Positions 36,001-47,975 of a stretch of DNA of 64,000 nt are shown here, in pieces. The notes beneath the pieces are model-generated. The model did no database searches, was not told where the DNA came from, and saw nothing but the letters and a program-made list of their open reading frames with translations. The number at the start of each line of letters is the position of its first letter. The stretch's first letter is position 1. The translations under genes and the position numbers were made by a program. Origin of the DNA: Coniocarpon cinnabarinum (taxonomy: Eukaryota); assembly GCA_051942205.1 (NCBI GenBank), contig JAVECO010000017.1:124001-188000 (forward strand), written 5' to 3'.

Positions 36001-37589
36001 CGCAGAAGCCTATCATCGAAGTGTCAGAAACTATGTGCGGCACTCGGAGCCATCACCATCAATCAAGCAGCCAGCGGTGGCACTGACAGTGCGGAAATCA
36101 GTGACATGCTTGTCAAGAAAGCGAAGGCATCGTCAAGGACAATCTTTTCTTAGCATGAAGTAGTTCAGCGTATCACATACCCAGTGGTGTGCCTAGATAC
36201 AGCAGAGAAGGTGTTGCGGCGGCAAGCTTATTTTGAGAGCTTTGAGGAAGAATGATGTATAGCAAAGCAAAACTCGATTATGGCTTGTGCTGTTCAACAA
36301 GAAGGTGCGACTTCCTAGAAGGGGGATGGCCAAGAGCCTTCCAATCTGAGATGTCATTAGGAAACAAACAATTTCTAGTCTGTAGCTATTGTCTTAAGAA
36401 GCTGACAGCATGGTTCGAAAATCTGGATGGCTGTTGTCGTTGTGTTTGGAGTCACTGGCTTTCGCGGGAAATGAATGCTGTCAACTAACATAAGTATATG
36501 CACATGAGTCGAAACACTGCGATTTGGCGACAACTAAGTGCTTAGTAGCAGCAAATATTCGGAAGGGCAATTGATTTCAGTACTCGGGCGTTAAAGCTAT
36601 TTTGGATTCAAAGCTATTAATTAGGGTATTCTTCGGCACAACTGCCATCGTAAAGTTTTATAAAGCTCATTACCTTGCAAGATCAATGGCCAAATTTCGG
36701 AGCGCAAGAATTGAATGGATTAAGCGTAACAAAAGAAAAAGGTAATTGTTTAAAGATAGATGAGTAAGTGTGATATGTTTATAGTAAGTTGTCCTCCTCG
36801 AGGCTCCGAAGCTCTAACCTTACAGAGTTAGAAAACAGTGAGTTTGAACGATATTATTATTACGCCCCCCTCTCTATTCCCGAGCTTTAATCCACTCACT
36901 ATTTAAGATTTTATTCAATCCGGTCTTCGTTGATATCGCCGCTGTTGGTCTTTTCGCTTTGGGACAGACTTCAGGCTACTTCTTCTCTAAACGTATCGAA
37001 TGTCACGGCACCGACGGGGAGAAGACTGCATCGCAAAGCAATTGGCATGTTTTTGCAAATCTCGCTTTCCTGTGCAGCGGGACGAACTGGCTCGAGACTT
37101 CTCCCATCACGCTCTTGATGGGAAACAATTGCGGCTGGATGGTGTGCAAATAGCACTGCAAACTTGCTAGACAAGACATAGGCATGATACACTTGGCTGT
37201 GTGTATGTCCCCTCACCCACTTAAGCTGTACAGCCACAATACACTGTACCAGTCGCAAATGCACAGCCTTTCGGATCTGAAATGTATGCACCATCAACAC
37301 ACTATGCCAGGTAAAACATTCCCGCATCCATTTCCTTGGTACCTCACTGTTCAAGGCTGTCCATAGTCTGAATCAAGTGACATTGCATACATTCAGCATG
37401 TATCTCCAAGAGTAGCTGCAGCTAGCCCCGCGTACGGCGCACCATAAATTTGCGGTAAGGCTCGCATCTCTGCCTTGTCGCGCTGCCTCTTATGGACATG
37501 GTCATTATTCAAAGACCATTGATTGCCTTACACCATCCCATCCCGACGCTGCTGCCCATTGGAAGGGAAGAACGAAGTACTCCCTTGTA

Positions 37590-39025
37590 ATGCTAGAAAC
37601 CCTTGGCGCTGTAGGCGCCGTTGTCGGCATTCTGGATGTGGTAGCACGGTCTGTCTTAAGGCTGCGCGACATGCAGAAGAGGCTGAAAGAAGCAAACGTA
37701 AATGTCCAAATGATGATGGGGGAGCTGACGGCAACAAGGACTGCTCTCAAAGTTCTAAAGGCGGGCATCGCTTCTTCAACGGACAAAGCACTAGACGAAG
37801 AATTATCAGCCGGTCTTGATAGCTCTTTAGAATCATGTTCCCTTCTTGTGCAAATCATTGGCGGGACCACAACTGCTGGAACGGTTCCAAATTGTGTTGA
37901 CGGACAAAGAGACAACGGATCTGTTCAATGCTCTGAAGATTATCACCGAAGGCTTAGAGCGGTATGTCCAAATATAGAGGACGACAAATTGGATAACTTA
38001 CAGTCCTCAGGCCTAGTGTGATTGAGCAAGCTGCAGTGATCCATGATACCGATAATCAAATTGCGATCAGTAGCATGAAGGACGACACACCCTCTTTGAT
38101 CGTACTCCACGATGTGAATTCAATGAGAAGCAGAACAGCTTCCCTCTCGTCCTCGAATTCGAAAATTTCGCTTCGTTTACCAGGACTAGACGAGTTCCTC
38201 TCACAGCATAAGCCTTATCAGAAGGCATTTCGCAACTTACTGCGTCGAAGACGTGGGGAACAACCTCCCCGCAACAAGCCGCGCAGTTACGATGCACCAT
38301 CTCTGAGCACACCAGACATTGTCAATGTGAAAATGTCTTTGACCAGTGACGAACTACTGTGCCAGATCATCGTCGAGACTTTGGCCCAGCTCAATGCTGG
38401 AAACGCAAGGGGCATGCAAGCATCAGACATCGTTGCTAAATGCCATTGCAAAGGGCGCCATGTAGGAATAGAAGGGCTCCGCGTCTCAAACATCAATGAA
38501 CGTGGATTGCGAGTAAATTTTGGGCCCGAAATATCGTTGTCGAGCAGCTACGTCGGCGGGGACGACAACACAATCTTGCTTGACGTTATAGATGGCACTT
38601 GGGCGTGCGAATCGGATCTGACCTTCATTGGCGTGGATGTATTGGTACAATTAGTGGGGGAGATAGTGGCATCGGTTGAACACTCTGCAGCGTCTGCGGG
38701 TATTGTTATTATCAACATTGGAATCATTGGCAAAAACCCTATCCGCAAAGATCCACAGGGCAAAGATCCAAAAGGCAAAGAGCCAAAGAAACTCAATCGA
38801 TACAGACGGCCCTGCGCCTGGTTTCTCGAGGAGTTTTGTAGGAAGTTTAGAACGACGTATGCTGTGCGTCCACTGGATTCACCAATCACTAACTACTATG
38901 TTCACATTTCGGATCTTTCGATAGATATGATAACTACCGTCAGTGATGTACTCCATATCGCTAGAAATGTTTTTGATGAGACACGACGCTACTCACCACA
39001 GACACGAAGTCTATTTGGGAAATAA
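37590..39025 (+). pseudogene. Fungal STAND N-terminal (HeLo-like) domain gene with an apparent frameshift near 37860; intron 37962-38010
   Basis: N-terminus MLETLGAVGAVVGILDVVARSVLRLRDMQKRLKEA is typical of HeLo-like domains. The protein-like frame ERFQIVLTDKETTDLFNALKII is +1 relative to the start, and it splices (GTATGT...CCTCAG) in frame into ORF 38018-39025. Confidence 0.55.
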
Positions 39026-39599
39026 CACTTGACGGTCTACATTCGATGAGCCAGAATTTGATCCAGCTACTATCCAGCTCCTAATCGACTTCATCACAGA
39101 CTGCCGATTCGCGGGCTTCTGCGAATTTCAAGCGCGAATAAACCTCAGTCACGAAAAGCCGCAGGCGAATCAAGTCATCCTCAAGAACGAAGCTAATGCT
39201 ACTCGTCAGTCGCCCTTGTTAGTCAATCCACCAGCAACTTTTAATATCCTGTCAGCGTTCAGGTCGCTAGCAACCCTCAGACTACGAGTGACAACTAGGC
39301 TGCTGCTAGCAAGCAAGACCCACCAGATATCCTCGGAGGCTCGACTCCCAAGGGAAGAAGAATATAGGTAGCATTGATCATGATCACGTGGAGAGGCGTC
39401 AGAGGGGTTGATGTAAACTAGACTTCATGTAGCAAGCCGTTCATACGCTCCTAGGCCGAAGAGCTAATGTGCACAAGCACAGCTATGCCACACAACCAAG
39501 CGTCAACGTTATATATCAAGAGATCCTACTCTTTTAAAAAGCATTTCTTCATGACCACGATCTCAGTGCTATACCGCCAAAATCAAAGTCTTCGCATCG

Positions 39600-39870
39600 C
39601 ATACCCCTAGGTTTACGTAGCCCTAACCCATAGTGGCAAAAGCCCTAAAAACAGGGGTTAAAAACCCTAACACCTCCCCAACCCTCCACGTAATAAGGTA
39701 AGGTAAGGTAAGGTAAGGTACTAGTAGCGTAGTACCTACACCTTAGGTTATTGCCGCAAAGCGCGAGTTCTCGCTCTAGCTACTTAGCGTTAATCCCTTA
39801 TTGCCGTAAAGCGCGAGTTCTACTCTACTTGCTTACCGTTAATCCCTTATTGCCGCAAAACGCGTCAAAA
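39600..39870. repeat. Repeat cluster: degenerate CCCTAA units, (TAAGG)5 at 39694-39718, and a 49-50 bp tandem repeat (copies at 39748, 39798, partial at 39847)
   Basis: The unit TTATTGCCGCAAAGCGCGAGTTC...CGTTAATCCC is directly visible in two full copies and one partial copy. Confidence 0.8.
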
Positions 39871-40743
39871 AATGGAATTTTTTAAAATGATTGGTAGCCG
39901 ATACTTTGACCCAAGCGTTTTGGCTCTCGACTCAGGACTCGAACCTGAAGCCTTCTGCTCAACTGCGTAGGAGGCAGACGCGCTGCCATTGCGCCAGCCG
40001 AGATGGAGTTAAATGCAAATGCATCCACCAATGAAAACGAGAGATTTGAAGACTTAGAGCTCAAAGATTTGATATATATATTAAGACTTCTAATTCGGTA
40101 CAGAAGCATTGCGAGATCGTTAAGCCTTCTTGCGAGAATAGCTCAGATTCTGTGTCATAGCGTGCGCTCATGAATTGAACGTGAGATATAAACGAGGCTC
40201 GAGACAGCTCTACTTGTAGACAATTTAATGTGGTGCCAAATTGAGTCTGAGGCAGTGCTTATTACTCGAGCACAACCTAAGCACTCAATTATTCAATGGA
40301 TGCAAGACACTGATAGAACCGAGTCATGCTCTTTCAGCAGCAATGTGCGATGGCCAGTCCTCAGAACGACCGAAATGTGCAGGTCAATTCGTGGACACAC
40401 AGAAGTCCAGCGCGACACGAAACGAAGGTCTTCGCAGGCCACTGATTTCAGAAAGCTCAGTTCAAAGTATAGAAAAGCTCGCCTCAACGAGCGAGAAAAC
40501 CTATGCCAATTCTTTATTCAGAATCCAAAACCCTCTTATGTGTCAAGACTCCATGCGCCGCGCGCACACTTGCGCGGGAGTCCACCCGAATCCGCGACCC
40601 GCCTCTTGCAAACTCAGAGCCCGCGCAAGCTCTCCCTCCACAACAAAGAGAGAGAGAAAGAGCAAAAAAAGCAATGTACGCCTGGGTATCTCATATCAAA
40701 ATGTCCAACACCTGGGCCGTGGTCAACTTTGAAACGATTCTTG

Positions 40744-41324
40744 TCAGCTTCCGTCGGTCTCGGTGACTTGCTGTTCTTCGGGCATCTCGATGGACTCCAC
40801 CTCTTTGAGCGCCAGCTCGGCGGCGTCCTCCTTGGCGTTGTTCACGTACTCGCCGGAGTACCAGTTGCGCGCGTGGAAGGTGCGAGGGCTTCCCGTGGCG
40901 TCGACGACTGTGACGTGTGCGCTCCATGCCGTGCGGCCGCCTGCCGGACGAAATTACGTGTCAGTGTGAACTTGCGCTTGTTTGCTGGCAGCTCCACTGT
41001 TCCAGCTTATTCATAGGGCAGTTCTGCGTCTTGAAATCCTTTTGCAAGCCCAATAGCAGCTTTTATTTTGGCTTTTCATGTCCTTCTCGAGGTATGTAGA
41101 GGAATTTGGGGAAGAGAAAATTTTGAAAGTGGTCTTTTCTTACCGCGACGGTCGGAAAAGATTTGGTACGACGGCGACGACATCTGTCGCTCCTCGCAAG
41201 CGTCTACCAGGAAGTTAGCAATGTGATTGGGAGTCAGAATGAACGGATTCAGAAGGTTCATACCAGACAGATTGGTCTGCCACCTCGAGGGCGTCTGACT
41301 CGGGGACGACGAGGCGTTGGACAT
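40744..41324 (-). CDS. Small dsRNA-binding-domain-like protein; introns 41204-41263 and 40941-41143
   Basis: Spliced RWQTNLS|DACEERQMSSPSYQIFSDRR|GGRTAWSAHVTV...ARNWYSGEYVNNAKEDAAELAL, an alpha-beta-beta-beta-alpha pattern with an AKEDAA terminal helix. The ORF track does not show this gene intact. Confidence 0.8.
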
Positions 41325-43235
41325 CCTGTCCGTCGGAAGCTGCAGAACACTCGTGGTCCCTTTTGGTGATGGGGAAACAAAAATCTGGGGTATTATGATA
41401 GGAAGAGGCAATTATTTTTCAAGTGTGGACAAGGCGCAGGTCAACCAATGAGCGCGACACTCATGCAACTCAATTGTGCTGATGTTCACTTCCATTCGTG
41501 GAGAGGCATGTTCTTGGGGAGTCCTTTTATAAGGTACGTCTCTTGAGCCTGGTGCTGAGAGCTGTGTCTCTCGCGAGGATCCGTCCGGGTCGGTGAACGA
41601 GTGTCTCAAACTGTGGAGCGAGCGACTCTGGGTGCATGTTTCCGCCCGTCACTACTCGGTGCGAACACAAACGAGCACGCCCGGAAAGGGTGCGTGCAAT
41701 GTTTGCATTCGATCGGTGAATAAACACGAAATGAGTCAAACGACCGTCTGGCGGGCAGCGTGGAGAGAGAAGAGCGAAAAGGCCAGGGGGCAGGGGATGT
41801 AAAAGGATGGAGATCAGTGTGAAACAAACGCAAACACCGCCCAGTGTATATAGATGTACAAAAGAGGGCGGCCACACGGCCCTCACATCCTCGCTGAGTT
41901 TGCTTCGCTCGGAGGGTAGTAGCCGCGGGTCAGAAGACGGGGCTGGTTTGCTGGCTGCTGCCCCAGGTTGGACCTTCGCGCCGCCAGATGGGGGTCTTGC
42001 CCATCGCAGACGATGCGAGAGGAAGGAGAGAGGGAGGGCAGAGTCTAGTACAGCTGACGTGGGTGGGAGCCACGTGCGGCACGCTCATCCTTTGCGGCCT
42101 GATATGAACGGTCACCCAGCGATTGTGTGCTCCGGTCAAATGGGAGGGCAGCACAGTTGCAGAAGGTTGTTCAAGTGCCGAGCCAGATTCTTAGACCATG
42201 TCATACGTCTCATCACTACTGTGTAGCCGACTAGCACCCATCTGTGACTTGGTGTTGCCCGAGCAGAGCCGTCGTGATCCTCATCGAGCACCAATGAACG
42301 AGCTAGAGACGCGGCCTGTGCAATGTGGGCTCGAGCAGTCCCCGGCGCGGGAATCTCTCATGTGCTCATCAGGACCGCCGTGGAGTACACGAATGGTATA
42401 CCTGCCCCCCGAGCCACGAACTCAATCATCTGCGCCAACCCAAGAGGCCCCACCAACGTGGACGAGCCTAGTGTTGCGGCGATCGAGCTATTCTTCTGAC
42501 GGTCGGGCTGCTTATGCAGAGTGACGTGGTTAGCTGCGTTATTGATCAGGCAGCCTCCACCATCCGCACTGATTGGAAGCCTCGGATCTGGTGAGCGCAG
42601 TCGCTGATGGTGCGGAGTCTGAACGTGTCGCGCCTCGCTCCTGTTGCGCAGTGGACAAGGCCCGACTCTGAAACGCCACCGCGAGAAAAGGGAAGCTGCG
42701 GAACTGCAGAACGGATGGGCACCCCCGGACGGGTAGGTTTGTGCTCTGTCTCGGCCCGCACTTGTCACCCGCAAACAGGCAACCAGCTGGGCGACAGCCA
42801 TACAGATGCCCGCATGGGTGTGACCCGGACGGCCGGTTGGACAAGTAAGCTGGCGAGATGACAGGTCGCGAGGCAGGCATCGGTCGGGGGCAAACGAGCC
42901 CAGGGGAGCGCACGTCGGTGCCACGACAAAGGTCCTTGCAAGCCAAGCGTGCGGCGGGACGTGCGCGAGGGTCAGTTGATGCTCGATCCGGTCGGGGCAG
43001 GACACAGAACGAGTTCCTCATTGACGTCTGCGGCAGGCTGCGCTGGGAAAGCAGGCAGGTTTCTCGGTCTCGATGAGGTGCCATTGACGGAAAATTGCCT
43101 GTTTGGGGCGACTCGTGGCACCTGTGCCGCGGAGGTGCCCGCTCTGTCTTCAACTCTATCATTGAAGGGCATGGCACGCTACCGGAGCAAGACACGCTCG
43201 ACTACGTTCATCAAATTGGAGCAGTATGGCTATTA

Positions 43236-44588
43236 TTACAGCGACCCAGCTAGAAGCTTCCTGTAGGCGTGGTCGAATCGGCCGTGAGGCACATGTCCCT
43301 TGTCGGCGGGCTCGGTCTGACTCCTCGGAGGCAGAGCTATGCCCTTGATAAGATCAAGCGAGAATGGTCGGTCTTTCGCCTCCTGGTGACGGAATCGACG
43401 CCGTATGCAGTCGTCAGCCAGTACCACCAGACCAGTCGCGACCACAACATCAGCCACGTCGCCCTGCCGTTCGCCGTTGACTTTCTTGTCAACCACTTGA
43501 AAGGAGCAGCGCGGTATCCAGCCTCCCTTGTCCGCTTCATCGACCACCTCGTCCTCCGACAATGCTTCTGGATCGATCCGAGCCACAAGGCTCCCATCGC
43601 GGCGGGTGAGGTGATATGAGACCTCCCGTGATCTGCCCAGCTTTTTCGTCGACCGATGCCATGAGTACGACGAGCCCCAATAGTCGAAGTCGTACCTCTT
43701 GTCGGACTTGAATCCCCTCCGCTTCACATCGACATGCGCGTAGTTGGAGAACTCCACACTGATCCAGTCGACGGAGTCTTTCGCAGGCGCCTTGTTGGAG
43801 TTTGATGAGTGGGGCCTTTCCAAATCATGCTCGTCGACCTCATCATGCATCGTGTCGTAGCCAGAATCTTGACGGACTAGTGCCGAATGCTGCTTTGGAT
43901 GCTGCTGGTGATCTTGTTGCTGCTGTGGCTGTGCTTGCTGAGGCTTGCCATCACCTTTTGGCAGCATGGCTGCAAAGGCACTGCTGAGCGAGCGCTGGAT
44001 GTTTGGTCGTGCTCCAAGGCGAGATTTGTGCGATTTTCGCGCGCAGTGGCAGACTTCACGGCCCGAGTCACGGCTGTACCGGCGCAATGAAAAGTCACGA
44101 CATCTGAGATCGTACATGCGAAGATGGTACAGTGTGATGTCTCGTTGCATTCCTCTCGTCGTCGTCACAGGAGCATCCACCCGAAGATTCAAATTGCCGT
44201 CAAGCGTTGTGTCGTCGTGGCGAATCAGCAATTTCTTGGAAGAAGGGAAAAGTTCAGCGAAATCTTGAGACGTTGCCGGCAAGACCTCCGGCCCGGAGGT
44301 ACGAGGGGGTGGTGGCAAACATGTTTCGATGGGAGGCTCTTCATCCTGCGGAAGCTCATCTATTTCCGAGGAATCATATGAAGCGGATGATCCAATCGAT
44401 TCGCGTGAAGGAAATGCCTGGCTGCTTGGATAAGACTCCATCCTTCTCAGACGACATGCGTCCAACGGATCCGAAGTGGAAGCCGAATCACGGCGCCGAA
44501 AAGCACTGGGAGTCACTTCCAGATTCTTCGAGCGGTTTTCGTTGGCATCTCGCTCGTTGAGCCATGTTATGCAGCGTCCTTCACTCAT
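43236..44588 (-). CDS. Fungal hypothetical protein
   Basis: Long ORF with globular-looking blocks (LLIRHDDTTLDGNLNLRVD, LYHLRMYDL..RDFSLRRYSRDSGREVCH, GGWIPRCSF, DVVVATGLVVLADDCIRRRF). Confidence 0.8.
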   Translation of the reverse strand: MSEGRCITWLNERDANENRSKNLEVTPSAFRRRDSASTSDPLDACRLRRMESYPSSQAFPSRESIGSSASYDSSEIDELPQDEEPPIETCLPPPPRTSGPEVLPATSQDFAELFPSSKKLLIRHDDTTLDGNLNLRVDAPVTTTRGMQRDITLYHLRMYDLRCRDFSLRRYSRDSGREVCHCARKSHKSRLGARPNIQRSLSSAFAAMLPKGDGKPQQAQPQQQQDHQQHPKQHSALVRQDSGYDTMHDEVDEHDLERPHSSNSNKAPAKDSVDWISVEFSNYAHVDVKRRGFKSDKRYDFDYWGSSYSWHRSTKKLGRSREVSYHLTRRDGSLVARIDPEALSEDEVVDEADKGGWIPRCSFQVVDKKVNGERQGDVADVVVATGLVVLADDCIRRRFRHQEAKDRPFSLDLIKGIALPPRSQTEPADKGHVPHGRFDHAYRKLLAGSL

Positions 44589-45711
44589 GATTGAGAATTG
44601 AGTTGACTGCGCTGAAGACGGCAAGCACCACTCAGACCAAGAGCTGCGTCGAGTCTTCGGGGCGGACGAAGAGGGCAGAATCCAGATGGAGAAGTTTAGC
44701 GGGGATCTAAGAAGGGCTCCATTTTCCTGGACAGGTGGCCAAGTTTACCGGACAGAATGGCCACGTTATCTTAATGAGATGGGGCTGTTTCGCAGACAGT
44801 AGCATCGGACACTGCGTGAGCAGATGGGTCTGCAGTATAAAGACGCTGCGACGGCTATGTCGGAAGACGCAGGAATGCATGCATAGGTAATCCTGAAATC
44901 GCGCGAGCGCGACTAGCGAGAGTGGGCGTCAAGACTGCGAAAAAGGTCGCAAAGGACGCCGGTGCACTTCCTCGGACGCCAAAAGCTTCGAGCCGCGTTA
45001 CTGGGTCGCCGCGCCTCACCAGATCGCAAGATGCCCGGGCCACCATCCACAAACCAGGCCATTTTGCTTTTGCGCTTGCACGCTTCTGTTGAGCTTGATG
45101 CACACTGTTGCCATCTAGGTTCTATGGTGCTTTGAGGTTGAGGTTGCAACGCAGACACTCCTCAGAATTGCAACCTCTGCTGCAGCGCTGTTCATCGTCG
45201 CAAATGAAAACACCGAGTGCTGTACCTGAATGCTTAGAGCGGACGCTGTCGGCTCAGGCGGGATACGTAATCACACTTTGAACTGCAGATGAGCGACATG
45301 CAAACACAAAGGACTTTCCCGATCGGAAAGTGGCTGTATGCACGCGTTCGCAATTTGTGGCGAATCCTCCTTGGCGAGGTGACTTTTCCGTCCAATTGCG
45401 TCCGACCACGTCTCCCCATGGACCCTGTTGCGACGGAGGCGCACCTCGTCCACAGCCATTGACAGATCTTTCGCATCTGCTGTGTTGCAGCCTTACCCTT
45501 CCACAGCGGACTTGGCTGCTTCAGTATGCTGCAGATTTCGGAGCTGTGTCTGTACTTGGCCACAGACATGGCAGGGTCTCGAGATGCGAGGGGTTCCCTC
45601 ACCATCCACGAAGATGGCAGCTGCTTACGTGCAAATAGCGCAACCCGAAAGTAGACCGAAACATGGACTACTGAAGCTCTCAATCATTGTCTCCACGTCC
45701 AAAGGTAATGA

Positions 45712-47631
45712 TCACACAGCTGTCTGCGGATCTCTGGGAGGACTGCGGCGGAGTTTACTCCGTGGTTTGAAGACACTGCTGTCGTCAACAGCATTGTCTT
45801 GCTCTCCGTACCCAGACGCAGTGTCGTCGTTGTCGGGTGTACTGTGAAGAGGCGCACCTCTCTCAGAATTTGTACCATCCTGTGTCGCAGGCTTCTCGTC
45901 AAAGGGATTGACTGGAAATGCAGGCTTACGAGTCAGTTGGTGACTTCGCGATTTTCGATGGCTAGCTGTTCTTGCTGGTTGTCGCGTGCTGCTGGACCTT
46001 TGCAATTGCGACATGGATTGCTGTGCCCGTTCATATAGCGAGACACTTGAAATTGCTTCAGTCACTGAGTCGATTGCTCTGGCCTCCGTAGCTTGGGTAG
46101 GCGTGGGGTTACCGCAAATAGTTGAGTCTATCTCCCTCTGCTTCAGCGGCGTTCGTGCTGCTGAGAACATTGACATTCTTGTTCTTTGGGCAAGCGTCGA
46201 AACTGCAGTGCTCGGAGCATCTTTCGATTCAGTCATCCTTGTAATGCGATCGTCTGCTTTAACGTTGGCCAATTCGTTTTGCTGAGAAGTATCAGCAGTG
46301 TGGTTAGATTCATCAGTGTCTAGCTCAGAGCCCCGTGTTTCTTCAAGTAACGGATTCCGAGAGAACAGAACCCGACCCAGCCTTTGAGATGCAGATAGTG
46401 CGTTGCCAAAGTCACTTTCGCCGTTTACAGGGACCATCACGTCTTGCTTTTTGCTAAGACTGGATGCCCGCTGCTCCCGTGGCCGAGCGGCTAATGGACT
46501 GAATTGGGAGTCAAACAACTTCCGCCGATTGCTTTTACTTGGACTGCTTTGAAGCGGCCGCCGAGGAGTCTTGCGTGGGCTCGTCGTTGGGGATCTGTTG
46601 ATTACAAGCTCACCATTACGTCGGGAGACGGTATTTTGAAACTTTCGCCATCTTTCCACACGATGTTTCTGGTTGTTCTTTGAGCGTTCGAGTACGTCAA
46701 ACATAGATCTTTGATCCACTATACTGAGTTTTGGGGCTTGATTTGATCTGAAGCGGGACCACAGCTCATCGAAATCGTCGGTCTCTATCAACGCGTCTCT
46801 GTCAGCATCGAACTCACCGCTAAGGACAATTTCACGCCAAGTACTGTCAGTGTTGTAGCTCGATCGCAAGTGTCGTTTGAGCGTGTCACAGATCGCGTGC
46901 GAATCCGCAATGGTCGCTTCATAGGACCTCAATGAGGCGCTATTGCAGCCTGAAAGGAGGTTGAAGTATTCACTGCGAACTTGAAACTCGTTCCGCAGAT
47001 CCAAGTATCTTTGGTGGAACACGCGCCTCTGATGCAGGATGTTCAGTAGAGAATACTGGAGTGCCAGGGATGAAATTGTGACGAGCTCTGCGTCGGCCTC
47101 TTCGATCTCTCTCTGAACCGCCAGGCGAGAAAGCGGCCCCAGGTGATAACCGGCATCTCGCGCTTGCTTCTGCAGCACAACCGTCGAGAATGAGCACAGA
47201 AGCTCTTCGAATTTATGTCCTACGCAATCATCTAGAAGACTTTTACGCAGCGGACATCCGCGAGGGAGGATACCATTACGTTTCAATTCTTCTAGAAGTA
47301 TGAAGGCGTTGGATCTTAGTTTGATGGATTGTAAGGGCTCCAAAGGAGGAAAATAGGGCTCAAGATATTCCTCGGATTTAGAGGGACTCCAGATGTTGCA
47401 GAGATGATACAAGAGCCATTCAGCGCGTTTGAAACGAGCCTTGGTCTTTGAGCGGACTTCATGTTTAATGAGAAAGGTATCTTTAGCGAGTCCAGGCCAG
47501 TCAGGCCTTGTGTCAAGTTTCAGCAACCGCAAATTGCGGGTCAGAAGCTCCCGGGTCCTAGACCGACTAGCATCGAAGCCTTCAGCGTCGTTTTCCAGAG
47601 TCTCAGTGGTTGATTCAGCGGGCAAGGACAT
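45712..47631 (-). CDS. HAUS6: HAUS augmin complex subunit 6-like protein
   Basis: NLRLLKLD..PDWP, EWLLYHL, FPPLEPLQS..LR and RKSLLDDC.G.KFEELL match the recalled fungal HAUS6 N-terminal pattern. Confidence 0.8.
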   Translation of the reverse strand: MSLPAESTTETLENDAEGFDASRSRTRELLTRNLRLLKLDTRPDWPGLAKDTFLIKHEVRSKTKARFKRAEWLLYHLCNIWSPSKSEEYLEPYFPPLEPLQSIKLRSNAFILLEELKRNGILPRGCPLRKSLLDDCVGHKFEELLCSFSTVVLQKQARDAGYHLGPLSRLAVQREIEEADAELVTISSLALQYSLLNILHQRRVFHQRYLDLRNEFQVRSEYFNLLSGCNSASLRSYEATIADSHAICDTLKRHLRSSYNTDSTWREIVLSGEFDADRDALIETDDFDELWSRFRSNQAPKLSIVDQRSMFDVLERSKNNQKHRVERWRKFQNTVSRRNGELVINRSPTTSPRKTPRRPLQSSPSKSNRRKLFDSQFSPLAARPREQRASSLSKKQDVMVPVNGESDFGNALSASQRLGRVLFSRNPLLEETRGSELDTDESNHTADTSQQNELANVKADDRITRMTESKDAPSTAVSTLAQRTRMSMFSAARTPLKQREIDSTICGNPTPTQATEARAIDSVTEAISSVSLYERAQQSMSQLQRSSSTRQPARTASHRKSRSHQLTRKPAFPVNPFDEKPATQDGTNSERGAPLHSTPDNDDTASGYGEQDNAVDDSSVFKPRSKLRRSPPRDPQTAV

Positions 47632-47975
47632 GGTGCTGGTCTGTTGACGGTGTCTGGACGTGATTCGTCTCGAGCTTTTGCCAAGGCATATCCATGCAAG
47701 TGGGGGCGGGTAGGGTAGGCTAGCTTCTTACACTAGAGGGAGCGCTAATTTATTAAAGCTTGGAACGTGTCGATCGATGTCATTTGTTTTCCATTGTGCA
47801 CGGCCAGCGAACTGTTCTGCAGAAGTAACAACTTCCTTCTCTCCTGTGCATTTCTGACCAATCCTCCCTGACCTCCTCATCGTCCCATGTGCATTTGATT
47901 GTAGTCTCGGCATATCTAGCGAAACTTCATCGATAGTCGGATTGCTTTGTCTCGTGGGCAACAAACTATTCAAAG

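Noticed and set aside
39748..39870. CRISPR-like array
   Set aside because: The units are contiguous tandem repeats without unique spacers, in a eukaryotic context.
42358..43195. 215-aa and 218-aa minus-strand ORFs
   Set aside because: Non-ATG starts, overlapping frames and no domain-like content; probably UTR or intergenic.
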